Assembly: GCA_052035175.1 (NCBI GenBank)
Contig: JBPOHV010000001.1
Span: 105,569 to 169,568 of the forward strand
Reading direction: 5' to 3'
Source: a candidate division WWE3 bacterium
GTDB taxonomy: Bacteria; Patescibacteriota; WWE3; UBA101185; UBA10185
DNA: 64,000 nt
Part shown: piece by piece, positions 9,232 to 17,797 of the stretch
Numbering within the stretch: the stretch's first letter is position 1
Layout of the letters: each line of letters opens with the position of its first letter
Notes under the pieces: model-generated
What the model saw: only the letters and a program-made list of their open reading frames with translations
Database searches by the model: none
Told to the model about the DNA's origin: nothing
Translations under genes and position numbers: made by a program

Positions 9232-9447
9232 ACCAGTACCCTCTATTTCTGCTCTTTGAAAATGCCCATACTATTGGGTCGATCTATAAAGTGACTTTAG
9301 TTGTTGTAACGCCATTTTATAGGTCGACTCAGACTTAATCTCCTTTATTTAAATCTATGTCGATGCGTTGCCTTTTGAGCACATAACTATTGTTTTATGT
9401 TTGAAAGGCAGCGTATCCGTTGCATATTTAGATATAAGGAGAGTTCG

Positions 9448-10129
9448 CATGTCCCGCACAATCGTTTTTGCTTTAATTTGTGGCTTTTTCGCCGCATTTG
9501 TACTGGCTAATCCCCAGTATGCAGAGGCCGAGGAAGAAGTTCCCCAGCCCGAAACTCAACCCATCACCTTTCCCATTCCAGCAATGGATGGGGATATTTT
9601 GTTTGGTAACTCAGAAGTCATTACCATGACGTCTGAATATTTTGATAGCAAGGGCTATAATGCCCTTATTCCTCTGGGATTTGCATACAGCAACATTCCA
9701 GAATCGGATACAGCTTATCAATATGTGGGGATTTCCCACACTTTCCAATCCGATTTCATTCCCAATGAAACCATGCTGCAGTTCTATATGGTTCAACAGG
9801 AGGGAGAAATTGGCACACCTTTTCCAAGATGGCAGGTCTGGTTGATTGCTAATGATGATACGGTCGTTAGCGACATGCCGTGGCTAGTAAAGACTGATGT
9901 GGGGACTCCCTGCTTTGACGGTTACATTTGCCGTCGTGGACAGGTAAAGTTTGAGGCGCCATATGCCATACCCGCAGAAACCATCAAGGGATTTGTTTTG
10001 ACTTTTTGGGATGTGATTCTTACCCCAGTCGAAACAACAGTTGTAGGGGTTTCTATTAACGGAACCCTCGCGCCGTGGCCCCCTGAGGCCGAAACATTTA
10101 ATATTTATCTCCCCCTAGTGGTGAGATAA
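9448..10129 (+). CDS. Hypothetical secreted protein in a GC-rich segment (about 50% GC) with atypical codon usage.
   Basis: RBS AAGGAGAG before the ATG at 9448. Signal peptide MSRTIVFALICGFFAAFVLANPQYAEA. G/C-ending codons, unlike the flanking genes. Confidence 0.55.
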
Positions 10130-10163
10130 AAAAAGTCTGAGTCGATCAAGAGCCGCCTTATGG

Positions 10164-10247
10164 CAAGAAGAATAGCTTTACGCTATGTAATACTTCTTCC
10201 ACTGGCGGCTTTTGTCGTTTTAGAGTGTTAAAATATCACCATACAAA
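10164..10247 (+). terminator. Long imperfect hairpin followed by TTTTGTCGTTTT, a terminator candidate for the 9448 ORF.
   Basis: gccgcc...aagaagaa // ttcttcc...ggcggc arms followed by a T-rich run. Confidence 0.35.
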
Positions 10248-10318
10248 AATTAACCCAATTTCCCACAAACGAAAACTCGAATGAAAAACAAAAGATTTGG
10301 GACGAAGCATTTGCAAAA

Positions 10319-10924
10319 TTGGATGCTGTTAAAGGATATCGTATGGATCCAGGCATTAAAGATGAGGTTACTGCCTTTAATGTGCTTGGGATCCCAACTT
10401 ATAAGTCGTGTGAAGGACATGTAGAAGAAAGGTTTGGTAAATGGCGTTATATTTATCCTTATGTTTCTGTGGGATACGATGAACCAAAATTTCGATATGT
10501 TGATGAAGAAGCTATTCGTATGAAAATTGAGCAAGAAACCGGTGAACCTATAGATAGAAAATTAGAGAAAGTTAATAATGCAATGAGGGCTTTTTGGAAA
10601 ACTACTGATGATGCGCAAGAAACCGATGAATATATAGCTGTACGAGAGAAAAACCAGGCTTTAGAAATACGTGTGAATGCTCTTCTCACTGAATTTTATA
10701 ATGGTCGTGAAACTGTTGATGCTGTGCGGCTTACTACAGATGGAGTTGGTCCAATTGGAAAATTTGGTGTACATTGCAAAAAACATGTTGGCCCACCATA
10801 CCCTGGTAAAGGCATTCTTTTACCAGAAGAAATTGAAGATGCGAAAAAAGAGCTTGCCGTGGAACAAACAGAAATGAAAGCATTCGGAAAGTTTTTGAAA
10901 GATAAGTTTTTTAATGAAGAATGA
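10319..10924 (+). CDS. Hypothetical protein.
   Basis: 201-aa ORF, TTG start in the track (alternative ATG at 10343). No recognisable motifs. Confidence 0.45.
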   Translation: MDAVKGYRMDPGIKDEVTAFNVLGIPTYKSCEGHVEERFGKWRYIYPYVSVGYDEPKFRYVDEEAIRMKIEQETGEPIDRKLEKVNNAMRAFWKTTDDAQETDEYIAVREKNQALEIRVNALLTEFYNGRETVDAVRLTTDGVGPIGKFGVHCKKHVGPPYPGKGILLPEEIEDAKKELAVEQTEMKAFGKFLKDKFFNEE

Positions 10925-10939
10925 CCTTATGCTATAATC

Positions 10940-11160
10940 TCCCAAAGCTATGACGAGGAAATATGCTGTCTTCGTCTGGGGGGTACTTTGTTGCACTCCG
11001 AGCTGCTTGCGATCCTTTATGCTAAGCAATGCCGTTTTCATACGTTAGTTGATTAATAAGGTCCCGCTAAGCGGGACGAAAGTAAGGTGGTACCACGTGG
11101 TTAAAACCTCGTCCTTGCAAGCTAGATAGTATTTAGTTTGTAGAGACGAGGTTTTTTTGT
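10940..11160 (+). promoter_or_regulatory. Probable T-box riboswitch leader (alanine specifier GCU) with an intrinsic terminator, upstream of the alaS operon.
   Basis: TATAAT at 10933-10938. T-box conserved sequence AGUAAGGUGGUACCACG at 11081-11097 (consensus AGGGUGGNACCGCG; UGGU fits discriminator A of tRNA-Ala). GGACGA can pair with UCGUCC, giving an antiterminator alternative to the terminator AAACCTCGTC...GACGAGGTTT + TTTTTT at 11104-11159. GCU sits in a short stem-I-like hairpin. Confidence 0.55.
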
Positions 11161-11220
11161 TTGTGCGTTAGCGAGCATCGCGAGCTTAGGCATAAACAAT
11201 CCGCTAGGAGGATTTGTTGT

Positions 11221-11715
11221 ATGAAAATATTTAGAGGTAAAGATTTACCGAATGCATACATATATATATTCATGGGCATAGTAGTAGGTAATTTTGTTGT
11301 TTTTGTCTTGCGTCTTAATTTTAGTGAACAATTAGCAAACGTATTTATTATTGCTTTCTTTTGTATATTTGGTTTTAGCCTACTCAGAGTTCTTCAAGGT
11401 AAAAATGGTCTTCGACACGAGATTCATCTGACCGATACGCAAATAATTTTTGCCCGTCTTGGGCATGGAAGAATCCATCGTGATTTTTATGAAAAAGAAA
11501 CTTTATTAAATGTTGCAGAAATAAAGATTAAAACAAACGAAGAAATGCCCAAACTTTTTTACAAATTAAAAACAGGAGATGTGAAAAGTTTCGAGCTTAA
11601 AAATTGGGATGATTTGCATATTCAATCGTTTATAAATTATATGCAATTGACACACCATACGATAAAAACAGAAAAATCTGACAGTATTAGTAATTTGTTT
11701 ATGGAGGAAAAATAA
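11221..11715 (+). CDS. Hypothetical small two-TM membrane protein, co-transcribed with alaS.
   Basis: AGGAGG RBS before the ATG at 11221 (MKIFRGKDL...); the track ORF extends into the leader. Ends 1 nt before the alaS start. Confidence 0.45.
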   Translation: MKIFRGKDLPNAYIYIFMGIVVGNFVVFVLRLNFSEQLANVFIIAFFCIFGFSLLRVLQGKNGLRHEIHLTDTQIIFARLGHGRIHRDFYEKETLLNVAEIKIKTNEEMPKLFYKLKTGDVKSFELKNWDDLHIQSFINYMQLTHHTIKTEKSDSISNLFMEEK

Positions 11716-11716
11716 A

Positions 11717-13537
11717 ATGACATCGCAAGAAATATTAGAAAAGTATTTAAATTTTTATAAAGAACGTGGCCACAAACAAGTGCCAAATGTTTCACTTATT
11801 CCAGAAGGTGATTCAACTTTGTTATTTGTAAATTCTGGCATGTTTCCGCTTGTCCCATATTTATCTGGTCAAGAACATCCGCTTGGTAAGAGACTCGTCA
11901 ATGTTCAACGCGCAGGAAGATTTGATGTAGATTTGGAAGAAGTCGGAGATTCAAGACATACAACTGCATTTCATATGATAGGAAATTGGAGCTTGGGAGA
12001 TTATTTCAAAGATCAGCAATTACCTTGGGCGTTTGAATTTTTGATTGAAGAAGTTGGACTCGATCCAAAGAGATTATTTCCTACAGTTTTTGCAGGAGAT
12101 GAATTTGCGCCAAAAGATGAAGTTTCAATAAAAATCTTGCAAGAAATTTTTGCTAAATATGGAATAGATGCAAAAGAAGGCGAACGTATATTTGCTTGTG
12201 GTCGCGATAAAAATTGGTGGCAACGTGGTGAGGCCATTGGTGAGCTAGGTGGTCCAGATAGTGAAGTCTATTATTATGTAGGAAAAGGTGAAGCACCACT
12301 TGGTGTTGACCCATCGCAAGCAGAAGATGATTTTTTGGAAATTGGTAATTCAGTTTTTATGCAATACAAAAAATCAGAAAAAGGGTGGGAAGAATTGCCA
12401 CAAAAAAATGTAGATTTTGGTGGCGGGCTTGAAAGAATAGCAATGGTAGTACAAGGTAAGTCTGATATTTTTGAAACAGATAATTTTTATCCTTTAATTC
12501 AGAAAATAGAAGAACTTAGTGGTCGATCTTATACTCAAGATGGTCAAACAACAAAAGCTATGCGTATCATCGCAGATCATGCACGCGGTGCGACATACAT
12601 GGCTATGGATGGCGTAATTCCTGGTAATAAAGATCAAGGATATTTGTTGCGTCGACTAATCAGGCGTATGGTGAGGTTTGGTAAGACATTGGGTGTGGAA
12701 AAAGATATTTCGGTTTCGCTTGTACCGATTGTAGTACAAACATTTGCTTGGTTATACCCAGACTTACCAAGTAAGCAAGAAACTATTCAAACCACTTTTG
12801 CTTTAGAAGAAGAAAAGTTTAGAAAAACTTTGAATGCCGGTGCACGTGAATTTGAAAAAAGATTTGCAAAAGTTACAGATCATTCTGTAGAAAATCTTGC
12901 AGAGATAGCTTTTGATTTATACCAATCTGTAGGTTATCCAGTAGAAATGTTTGTGCAAGATTTGAAAGAAAAAAATATTTCTGTAGAAAATCTAGAACAA
13001 CTTGTAGAAGCAAAAATAAAATCTCATCAAGACTTGTCTCGTGCCGGTGCAGAGCAAAAGTTCAAAGGTGGTCTCGCAGATCATAGTGAATCAGTTGTGA
13101 AATATCATACCGCTACACATCTTTTGCATTTAGGTTTGCGTAAAGTTTTGGGTGATCAAGTTGTACAACAAGGCAGCAATATCACTGGTGAAAGATTGCG
13201 ATTTGATTTCAACCATTTTGAAAAGCTTTCTGACGATCAGGTAAAACAAGTTGAAAAAATCATTAATGATGCAGTAGATGCAAAATTGCATGTAAATTTC
13301 GAAATGATGCCCAAAGAACAAGCCGAAAAAACAGGTGCAATCCATGCGTTTGGTGAAAAATACGGTGATAGCGTAAAAGTTTATTTCATAGGCGAAAGCT
13401 TGGACAGCGCGATTAGCAAAGAATTCTGTGGTGGCCCACATGTGTCTAATACCAGTGAAATAGGTCATATCACTATCTACAAGCAAGAAAAGATTGGTGA
13501 GGGTAAAATGAGAATGTATGCAAAGTTTAGAGCATAG
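11717..13537 (+). CDS. alaS: Alanine--tRNA ligase, short form (catalytic, tRNA-recognition and editing domains; no C-Ala domain).
   Basis: N-terminus like AlaRS (FHMIGNWSLGDYF, compare E. coli FFEMLGNFSFGDYF). Editing-domain motifs HTATHLLH and CGGPH. 606 aa. Confidence 0.85.
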   Translation: MTSQEILEKYLNFYKERGHKQVPNVSLIPEGDSTLLFVNSGMFPLVPYLSGQEHPLGKRLVNVQRAGRFDVDLEEVGDSRHTTAFHMIGNWSLGDYFKDQQLPWAFEFLIEEVGLDPKRLFPTVFAGDEFAPKDEVSIKILQEIFAKYGIDAKEGERIFACGRDKNWWQRGEAIGELGGPDSEVYYYVGKGEAPLGVDPSQAEDDFLEIGNSVFMQYKKSEKGWEELPQKNVDFGGGLERIAMVVQGKSDIFETDNFYPLIQKIEELSGRSYTQDGQTTKAMRIIADHARGATYMAMDGVIPGNKDQGYLLRRLIRRMVRFGKTLGVEKDISVSLVPIVVQTFAWLYPDLPSKQETIQTTFALEEEKFRKTLNAGAREFEKRFAKVTDHSVENLAEIAFDLYQSVGYPVEMFVQDLKEKNISVENLEQLVEAKIKSHQDLSRAGAEQKFKGGLADHSESVVKYHTATHLLHLGLRKVLGDQVVQQGSNITGERLRFDFNHFEKLSDDQVKQVEKIINDAVDAKLHVNFEMMPKEQAEKTGAIHAFGEKYGDSVKVYFIGESLDSAISKEFCGGPHVSNTSEIGHITIYKQEKIGEGKMRMYAKFRA

Positions 13538-14264
13538 TACAGATGCCCCCAGAGATTTTTTTGAGCCTTTGGTTGTAGGGGAAGTTGCATTGTCAGCAAA
13601 TGATACAAAAGTCGCTTTGCTTTTGAGTGTGGGATACACACTTGATCAAGTAGCTTCCGAATTGTCAGTACCGCCACAAACTTTGCAGCATGTTTGCGCA
13701 AAAAGTTTATATCCAAAGTTAGGAGTATCTGATGCAGCTTCTGTACCACACAAGCTACATGTGGCTAGTTGGGAGCGTGTAGTTGAGTTTGCACAAAGCC
13801 GTGGTTGCGCCATTATTGAAAAGGAAATATTTTCACCGAAAGAAACCGAGTTTATGTTAGATGCTGCTTTACTTCTTTCAATAGATGATTTAGAAAAAAA
13901 ATATGCGCTTGCAAAAGGAACAATTTACCACTACTTATCTTCTAAATTTTATACAAGGCTTGGTGTTTCAAACCGAGTAGAGTTTTCAAAAAGAGTTGTA
14001 CAAGCATTGCCTGAGCGGGCCATCGCATTGAGTAAAAAACACCACAGGCTTATAGTTGATAATGTTGTTTTATCTTCTGATGAAGCTAGGTTGCTTTATA
14101 TGACCCATCAAGGAAAATCTATTTCTGAAATATCAGAGGCGTTTGGTGAATATTACGAAACTATTCAAATGCGCAAACGTAAATTACTTCGAAGTAAGTT
14201 TCCAAATCAACATCCTACTGCTGTTACTCAAAAAGTAGCTACAGCGCTATCAGCAGAGCGTTAA
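13518..14264 (+). CDS. Protein with three tandem LuxR/GerE-type helix-turn-helix domains.
   Basis: Three repeats of about 55 aa ending in the GerE-like pattern ...KLGVS / ...TRLGVSNRVE / ...MRKRKLLRSKF, each preceded by an HTH-like helix pair. Overlaps the alaS stop by 20 nt. Confidence 0.5.
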   Translation: MQSLEHSTDAPRDFFEPLVVGEVALSANDTKVALLLSVGYTLDQVASELSVPPQTLQHVCAKSLYPKLGVSDAASVPHKLHVASWERVVEFAQSRGCAIIEKEIFSPKETEFMLDAALLLSIDDLEKKYALAKGTIYHYLSSKFYTRLGVSNRVEFSKRVVQALPERAIALSKKHHRLIVDNVVLSSDEARLLYMTHQGKSISEISEAFGEYYETIQMRKRKLLRSKFPNQHPTAVTQKVATALSAER

Positions 14265-14377
14265 TACGGCTATAGGTTCTCAGATATGATATAATTCCTA
14301 TCACCAAGCCCAGTTTTACTGGGAAAAATCACTTTAATCTTGGCCCTTTAAAAAGGCCACAAAAAAGGAGATGTGTC

Positions 14378-14782
14378 ATGATTACTGACACCCCACGTTT
14401 AATTTCCCCCAAAGCCATTTTGGTTGGGTTACTCATTGTGGTAACCCTGATCGTTTTGGCCATTGCTGGGGCTCAAACTTCCAGCACGCTTTTGCTCAGC
14501 ACCGATGCTGGGCTTACAGCCGAAGAGGCTCTGCAAGATGTTGTGGAGCAGGAGGGGGCTGCCGAGCAAGCGCTCGGTGAATATGAGCCGAAAGTAGCGG
14601 CCCAAAAACTAAATGACGCAATAGGGGCTTTGGGCGTGGCGGTCGATAAAGACGCTCCCCCTGAGGCCGTCATAGCTTTAGAAGATCTAATCACTTATGA
14701 TATGGATCTTTTAAAGATTCAAGACACAGGCCTTTACAATAAGGTCATGAAGACTTGGCAGGAGTATTTGGACTCCAAGTAA
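14378..14782 (+). CDS. GC-rich (about 52% GC) small membrane-anchored Ala/Glu-rich hypothetical protein.
   Basis: RBS AAAAGGAG. N-terminal TM helix AILVGLLIVVTLIVLAIAGA. GCC/CTG/GAG/CAG codons contrast with the host A/T-ending usage. Confidence 0.5.
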   Translation: MITDTPRLISPKAILVGLLIVVTLIVLAIAGAQTSSTLLLSTDAGLTAEEALQDVVEQEGAAEQALGEYEPKVAAQKLNDAIGALGVAVDKDAPPEAVIALEDLITYDMDLLKIQDTGLYNKVMKTWQEYLDSK

Positions 14783-14796
14783 CCTGCCGAGGTGCT

Positions 14797-14836
14797 GTGC
14801 GCCTGCTAATGATTTTTCATTGCAGGCGCACAGACG
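14797..14836 (+). terminator. Stem-loop (11-bp perfect stem TGTGCGCCTGC/GCAGGCGCACA, 14-nt loop) downstream of the GC-rich ORF.
   Basis: Inverted repeat read directly; no strong U-tract follows. Confidence 0.3.
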
Positions 14837-15040
14837 CCATCACTATTTAAAAACATTTCAACATATGAAAAATAAATACAGGATTTAGAAAAAGAGAAAG
14901 GATTGTTGTGGACTGAAATGGTTCAGAGCGTGAAAATTAATTTCACCCCAATTCCGCTTCGGTTCCACCAACAATCCTTATATTCAACTTACTCTTTAAC
15001 CAAATTAAATGCAACAGTATATATAAACTATCATTGCCCC

Positions 15041-15067
15041 TTGACACTCAAGGCAATAGAGTGCTAT
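15041..15067 (+). promoter_or_regulatory. CIRCE-like operator (HrcA-type inverted repeat) upstream of groES.
   Basis: TTGACACTC-N9-GAGTGCTAT versus the CIRCE consensus TTAGCACTC-N9-GAGTGCTAA; 57 nt upstream of the groES ATG. Confidence 0.6.
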
Positions 15068-15124
15068 TTTTTTCATGCCCACAAATAACATTGAAGTATA
15101 AAATTTTCAAAAAAGGAAATAAAA

Positions 15125-15430
15125 ATGTCAGAAGATTTAACAAAGATTAGACCGCTTTCTGATTATGTTCTTATCGATCCTGTTTTGCAGGAAACGATGC
15201 TTCCATCTGGCATAGTATTGCCAGACAGTGCAAAAGAAAAACCCCAAAAAGGAAAAGTAGTAGCAATAGGTACAGGCAAAGTCAAAGAAGACGGTACATT
15301 GATATCAATGACTGTCAAACTTGGTGATGTTGTTATGTACAAAAAATGGGGTGGTACAGAAATAAAAGTTTCTGGTAAAGAAATGCTTCTTGTAAAAGAA
15401 GAAGACATTCTTGCCATAGTAGAAGGTTAA
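15125..15430 (+). CDS. groES: Co-chaperonin GroES.
   Basis: 101 aa; [10 protein letters not shown]...GKVVAIG motif typical of Cpn10; immediately upstream of groEL. Confidence 0.9.
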   Translation: MSEDLTKIRPLSDYVLIDPVLQETMLPSGIVLPDSAKEKPQKGKVVAIGTGKVKEDGTLISMTVKLGDVVMYKKWGGTEIKVSGKEMLLVKEEDILAIVEG

Positions 15431-15444
15431 AAAGGAATAAATAT

Positions 15445-17103
15445 ATGGCAGCAAAAAAAATAATATACGGAGAAGATGCACGTAAAAAATTGAAAGCCGG
15501 TGTTGATGCTTTGGCGCGAGCTGTAGCAACGACGCTTGGTCCAAAAGGTGCAAATGTTGCACTAGATAAAAGCTGGGGTACACCTCAAGTAGTTCACGAC
15601 GGTGTAACAGTAGCAAAAGAAATAGAATTGGTAGACAAATTTGAAAATATGGGTGCTCAAATCGTGCGCGAAGCAGCATCCAAAACAAACGACGTAGCAG
15701 GCGATGGTACTACAACAGCAACAGTACTTGCACAAGCATTGGTAGACGAAGGTCTCAAAAATGTTAGCGCAGGTGCTAATCCAATGATTTTGCGAAGAGG
15801 GTTGGAAAAAGCTGCAGAAGTAGTCAGTGAAGAAGTCAAAAGATTGTCAAAAGAAATCAGTACAAAAGAAGAAAAAGCTCAAGTCGCAACTATTTCTGCA
15901 CAAGATGCAGCAATCGGCGATCTTATTGCAGAAGCGATGGAAAAAGTAGGTGACAATGGTGTAATCACAGTAGACGAAGGTAAAGGTTTCACAATCGAAC
16001 TAGATTACAAAGAAGGTATGCAATTTGATAAAGGGTATGTATCTCCTTATTTCGTGACAAACCCAGAAAAAATGGAATCAGTAATCGAAAACGCTTATGT
16101 ACTTATTACCGATTCAAAGATTTCTAGCATTCAAGATCTTTTGCCACTTCTCGAAAGCTTTGTAAAAGTTTCGAAGAATTTGGTAATAATCGCTGACGAT
16201 GTAGACAGCGAAGCTCTTGCAACTTTGATAGTAAATAAAATCCGTGGAACATTTAATGTTTTACCAATCAAAGCACCAGGATTTGGCGATAGACGCAAAG
16301 CAATTATGCAAGATATCGCAGCTCTCACAGGTGCAACTGTAATTAGCGAAGAAACTGGTCGAAAATTAGATTCAGCTACCATCGAAGATTTAGGTCAAGC
16401 AGAAAAGGTAGTTTCAGACAAAGAAACTACAGTAATAGTAGGTGGTAAAGGTGAAGACGTAGCAGTCAAAGCACGCATACATCAGATAGAGGCAGAAATG
16501 AAATCTGCAACGTCTGATTATGATAAAGAAAAACTTCAAGAAAGACTCGCCAAGCTAAGTGGTGGAGTAGCCGTAGTAAGTGTAGGCGCAGCAACAGAAT
16601 CTGAAATGAAAGAAAAGAAATTGCGTGTAGAAGATGCTGTAAATGCTACCAAAGCCGCAGTTGAAGAAGGAATTGTCCCAGGTGGTGGTGTAACTTTGTT
16701 GCGAGCAAGATCAGTTTTGGACAAATTAAAACTAGAAGGCGAAGAAGCATTGGGAGTAAAAATACTTTACAACGCGCTAGATAAACCATTTAGATTAATT
16801 GTTCAAAATGCAGGTCTCGAAGCCGGCAGAGTATTGGCAGAGTTAGACGCTAGATTCCAAGAAACAAAAAATGTAAATCTTGGTTTCGATGTAATTTCTG
16901 AAAAATATGTAGATATGGTAGCTTCTGGTATTGCTGATCCTACAAAAGTTACTCGCAGTGCTCTCAAAAACGCTGTTTCTGTAGCTATTATGATTTTGAC
17001 AACAGAATGTTTGGTAACCGATGCACCAAAAGATGAAAAACCATCGATGGGTAATCCGGGAATGGGTGGCATGGGCGGTATGGGTATGGATGATATGATG
17101 TAA
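15445..17103 (+). CDS. groEL: Chaperonin GroEL.
   Basis: [15 protein letters not shown]...[14 protein letters not shown]...C-terminal GGMGGMGGM tail; 552 aa. Confidence 0.95.
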   Translation: MAAKKIIYGEDARKKLKAGVDALARAVATTLGPKGANVALDKSWGTPQVVHDGVTVAKEIELVDKFENMGAQIVREAASKTNDVAGDGTTTATVLAQALVDEGLKNVSAGANPMILRRGLEKAAEVVSEEVKRLSKEISTKEEKAQVATISAQDAAIGDLIAEAMEKVGDNGVITVDEGKGFTIELDYKEGMQFDKGYVSPYFVTNPEKMESVIENAYVLITDSKISSIQDLLPLLESFVKVSKNLVIIADDVDSEALATLIVNKIRGTFNVLPIKAPGFGDRRKAIMQDIAALTGATVISEETGRKLDSATIEDLGQAEKVVSDKETTVIVGGKGEDVAVKARIHQIEAEMKSATSDYDKEKLQERLAKLSGGVAVVSVGAATESEMKEKKLRVEDAVNATKAAVEEGIVPGGGVTLLRARSVLDKLKLEGEEALGVKILYNALDKPFRLIVQNAGLEAGRVLAELDARFQETKNVNLGFDVISEKYVDMVASGIADPTKVTRSALKNAVSVAIMILTTECLVTDAPKDEKPSMGNPGMGGMGGMGMDDMM

Positions 17104-17185
17104 CCTAAGCTAAGCTTAGGTTCGCCTACGGCTAGACGCTCGCTATGCTCGCGTCCTTCATGTGTCCATGAAGTAACTAATATAA

Positions 17186-17220
17186 AAAGAGAAGCCCTAG
17201 CAAATTTGCTAGGGCTTCTT
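17186..17220. terminator. Bidirectional intrinsic terminator hairpin between convergent groEL and hsp20.
   Basis: Perfect inverted repeat GAAGCCCTAGCAAA/TTTGCTAGGGCTTC. A U-tract (TCTTTTTATATT) follows on the minus strand; TTCAGTTGTG follows on the plus strand. Confidence 0.55.
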
Positions 17221-17248
17221 CAGTTGTGCCCACAAACGAAAGTCTATT

Positions 17249-17674
17249 TTATTTAGACTTTTTCTTGATTACTATAGACTTTGGTTGTTCGTCTTCTAAT
17301 TTTGGTATTTTGACTGTAAGCACACCATTGTCCAACTCGGCTTCAGCCTTGTTAGCATTTACAATGCGGGGAAGGCTAGTTGTGTAGCTAAAAGCCCTTT
17401 GCATAGAAGATTTGTATACTACTTTTTTCTTATCTTTTTCTTCTTGCGTTTCTTCTACATTTGCTCTGATGGTCAACACGTTACCTTCGGTTGATACTTC
17501 TATCTTTTCTTCTGGTATACCTGGTAACGGTGCTTTAACTACCATCTCGGTATCGGTTTCATATACCTCTAGCCCGTGTGAACTTTCTACTGAATCTGGC
17601 CATCTCATGAGAGATTGCCATGGGTCTTCCTCGAAAAAAGGAGCCCACATAGGAGAATACTTTACTATAGCCAT
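17249..17674 (-). CDS. Small heat-shock protein, Hsp20/alpha-crystallin family.
   Basis: 141 aa with an alpha-crystallin domain pattern (LEVYETDTEMVVKAPLPGIPEEKIEVS...GVLTVKIPK). Confidence 0.8.
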   Translation of the reverse strand: MAIVKYSPMWAPFFEEDPWQSLMRWPDSVESSHGLEVYETDTEMVVKAPLPGIPEEKIEVSTEGNVLTIRANVEETQEEKDKKKVVYKSSMQRAFSYTTSLPRIVNANKAEAELDNGVLTVKIPKLEDEQPKSIVIKKKSK

Positions 17675-17797
17675 AATATTTCCTTTCTTTAAGAACTAAA
17701 TACTATGCTAGGCTTTGCCATAGCATTATCACTCTAGCAAACCGAGTGATAACATGTCAATACCACTTTAAATTTGTTTTTATTTATAAATATCTCA

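Noticed and set aside
13130-13749. Minus-strand ORFs of 169 and 90 aa.
   Set aside because: They are antisense to well-supported alaS and the LuxR-like gene, with no RBS or motifs.
17104-17120. Palindrome CCTAAGCTAAGCTTAGG right after the groEL stop, as a separate terminator.
   Set aside because: It is a short AT-containing hairpin with no U-tract. The downstream 14-bp perfect hairpin at 17186-17220 is the more convincing shared terminator.
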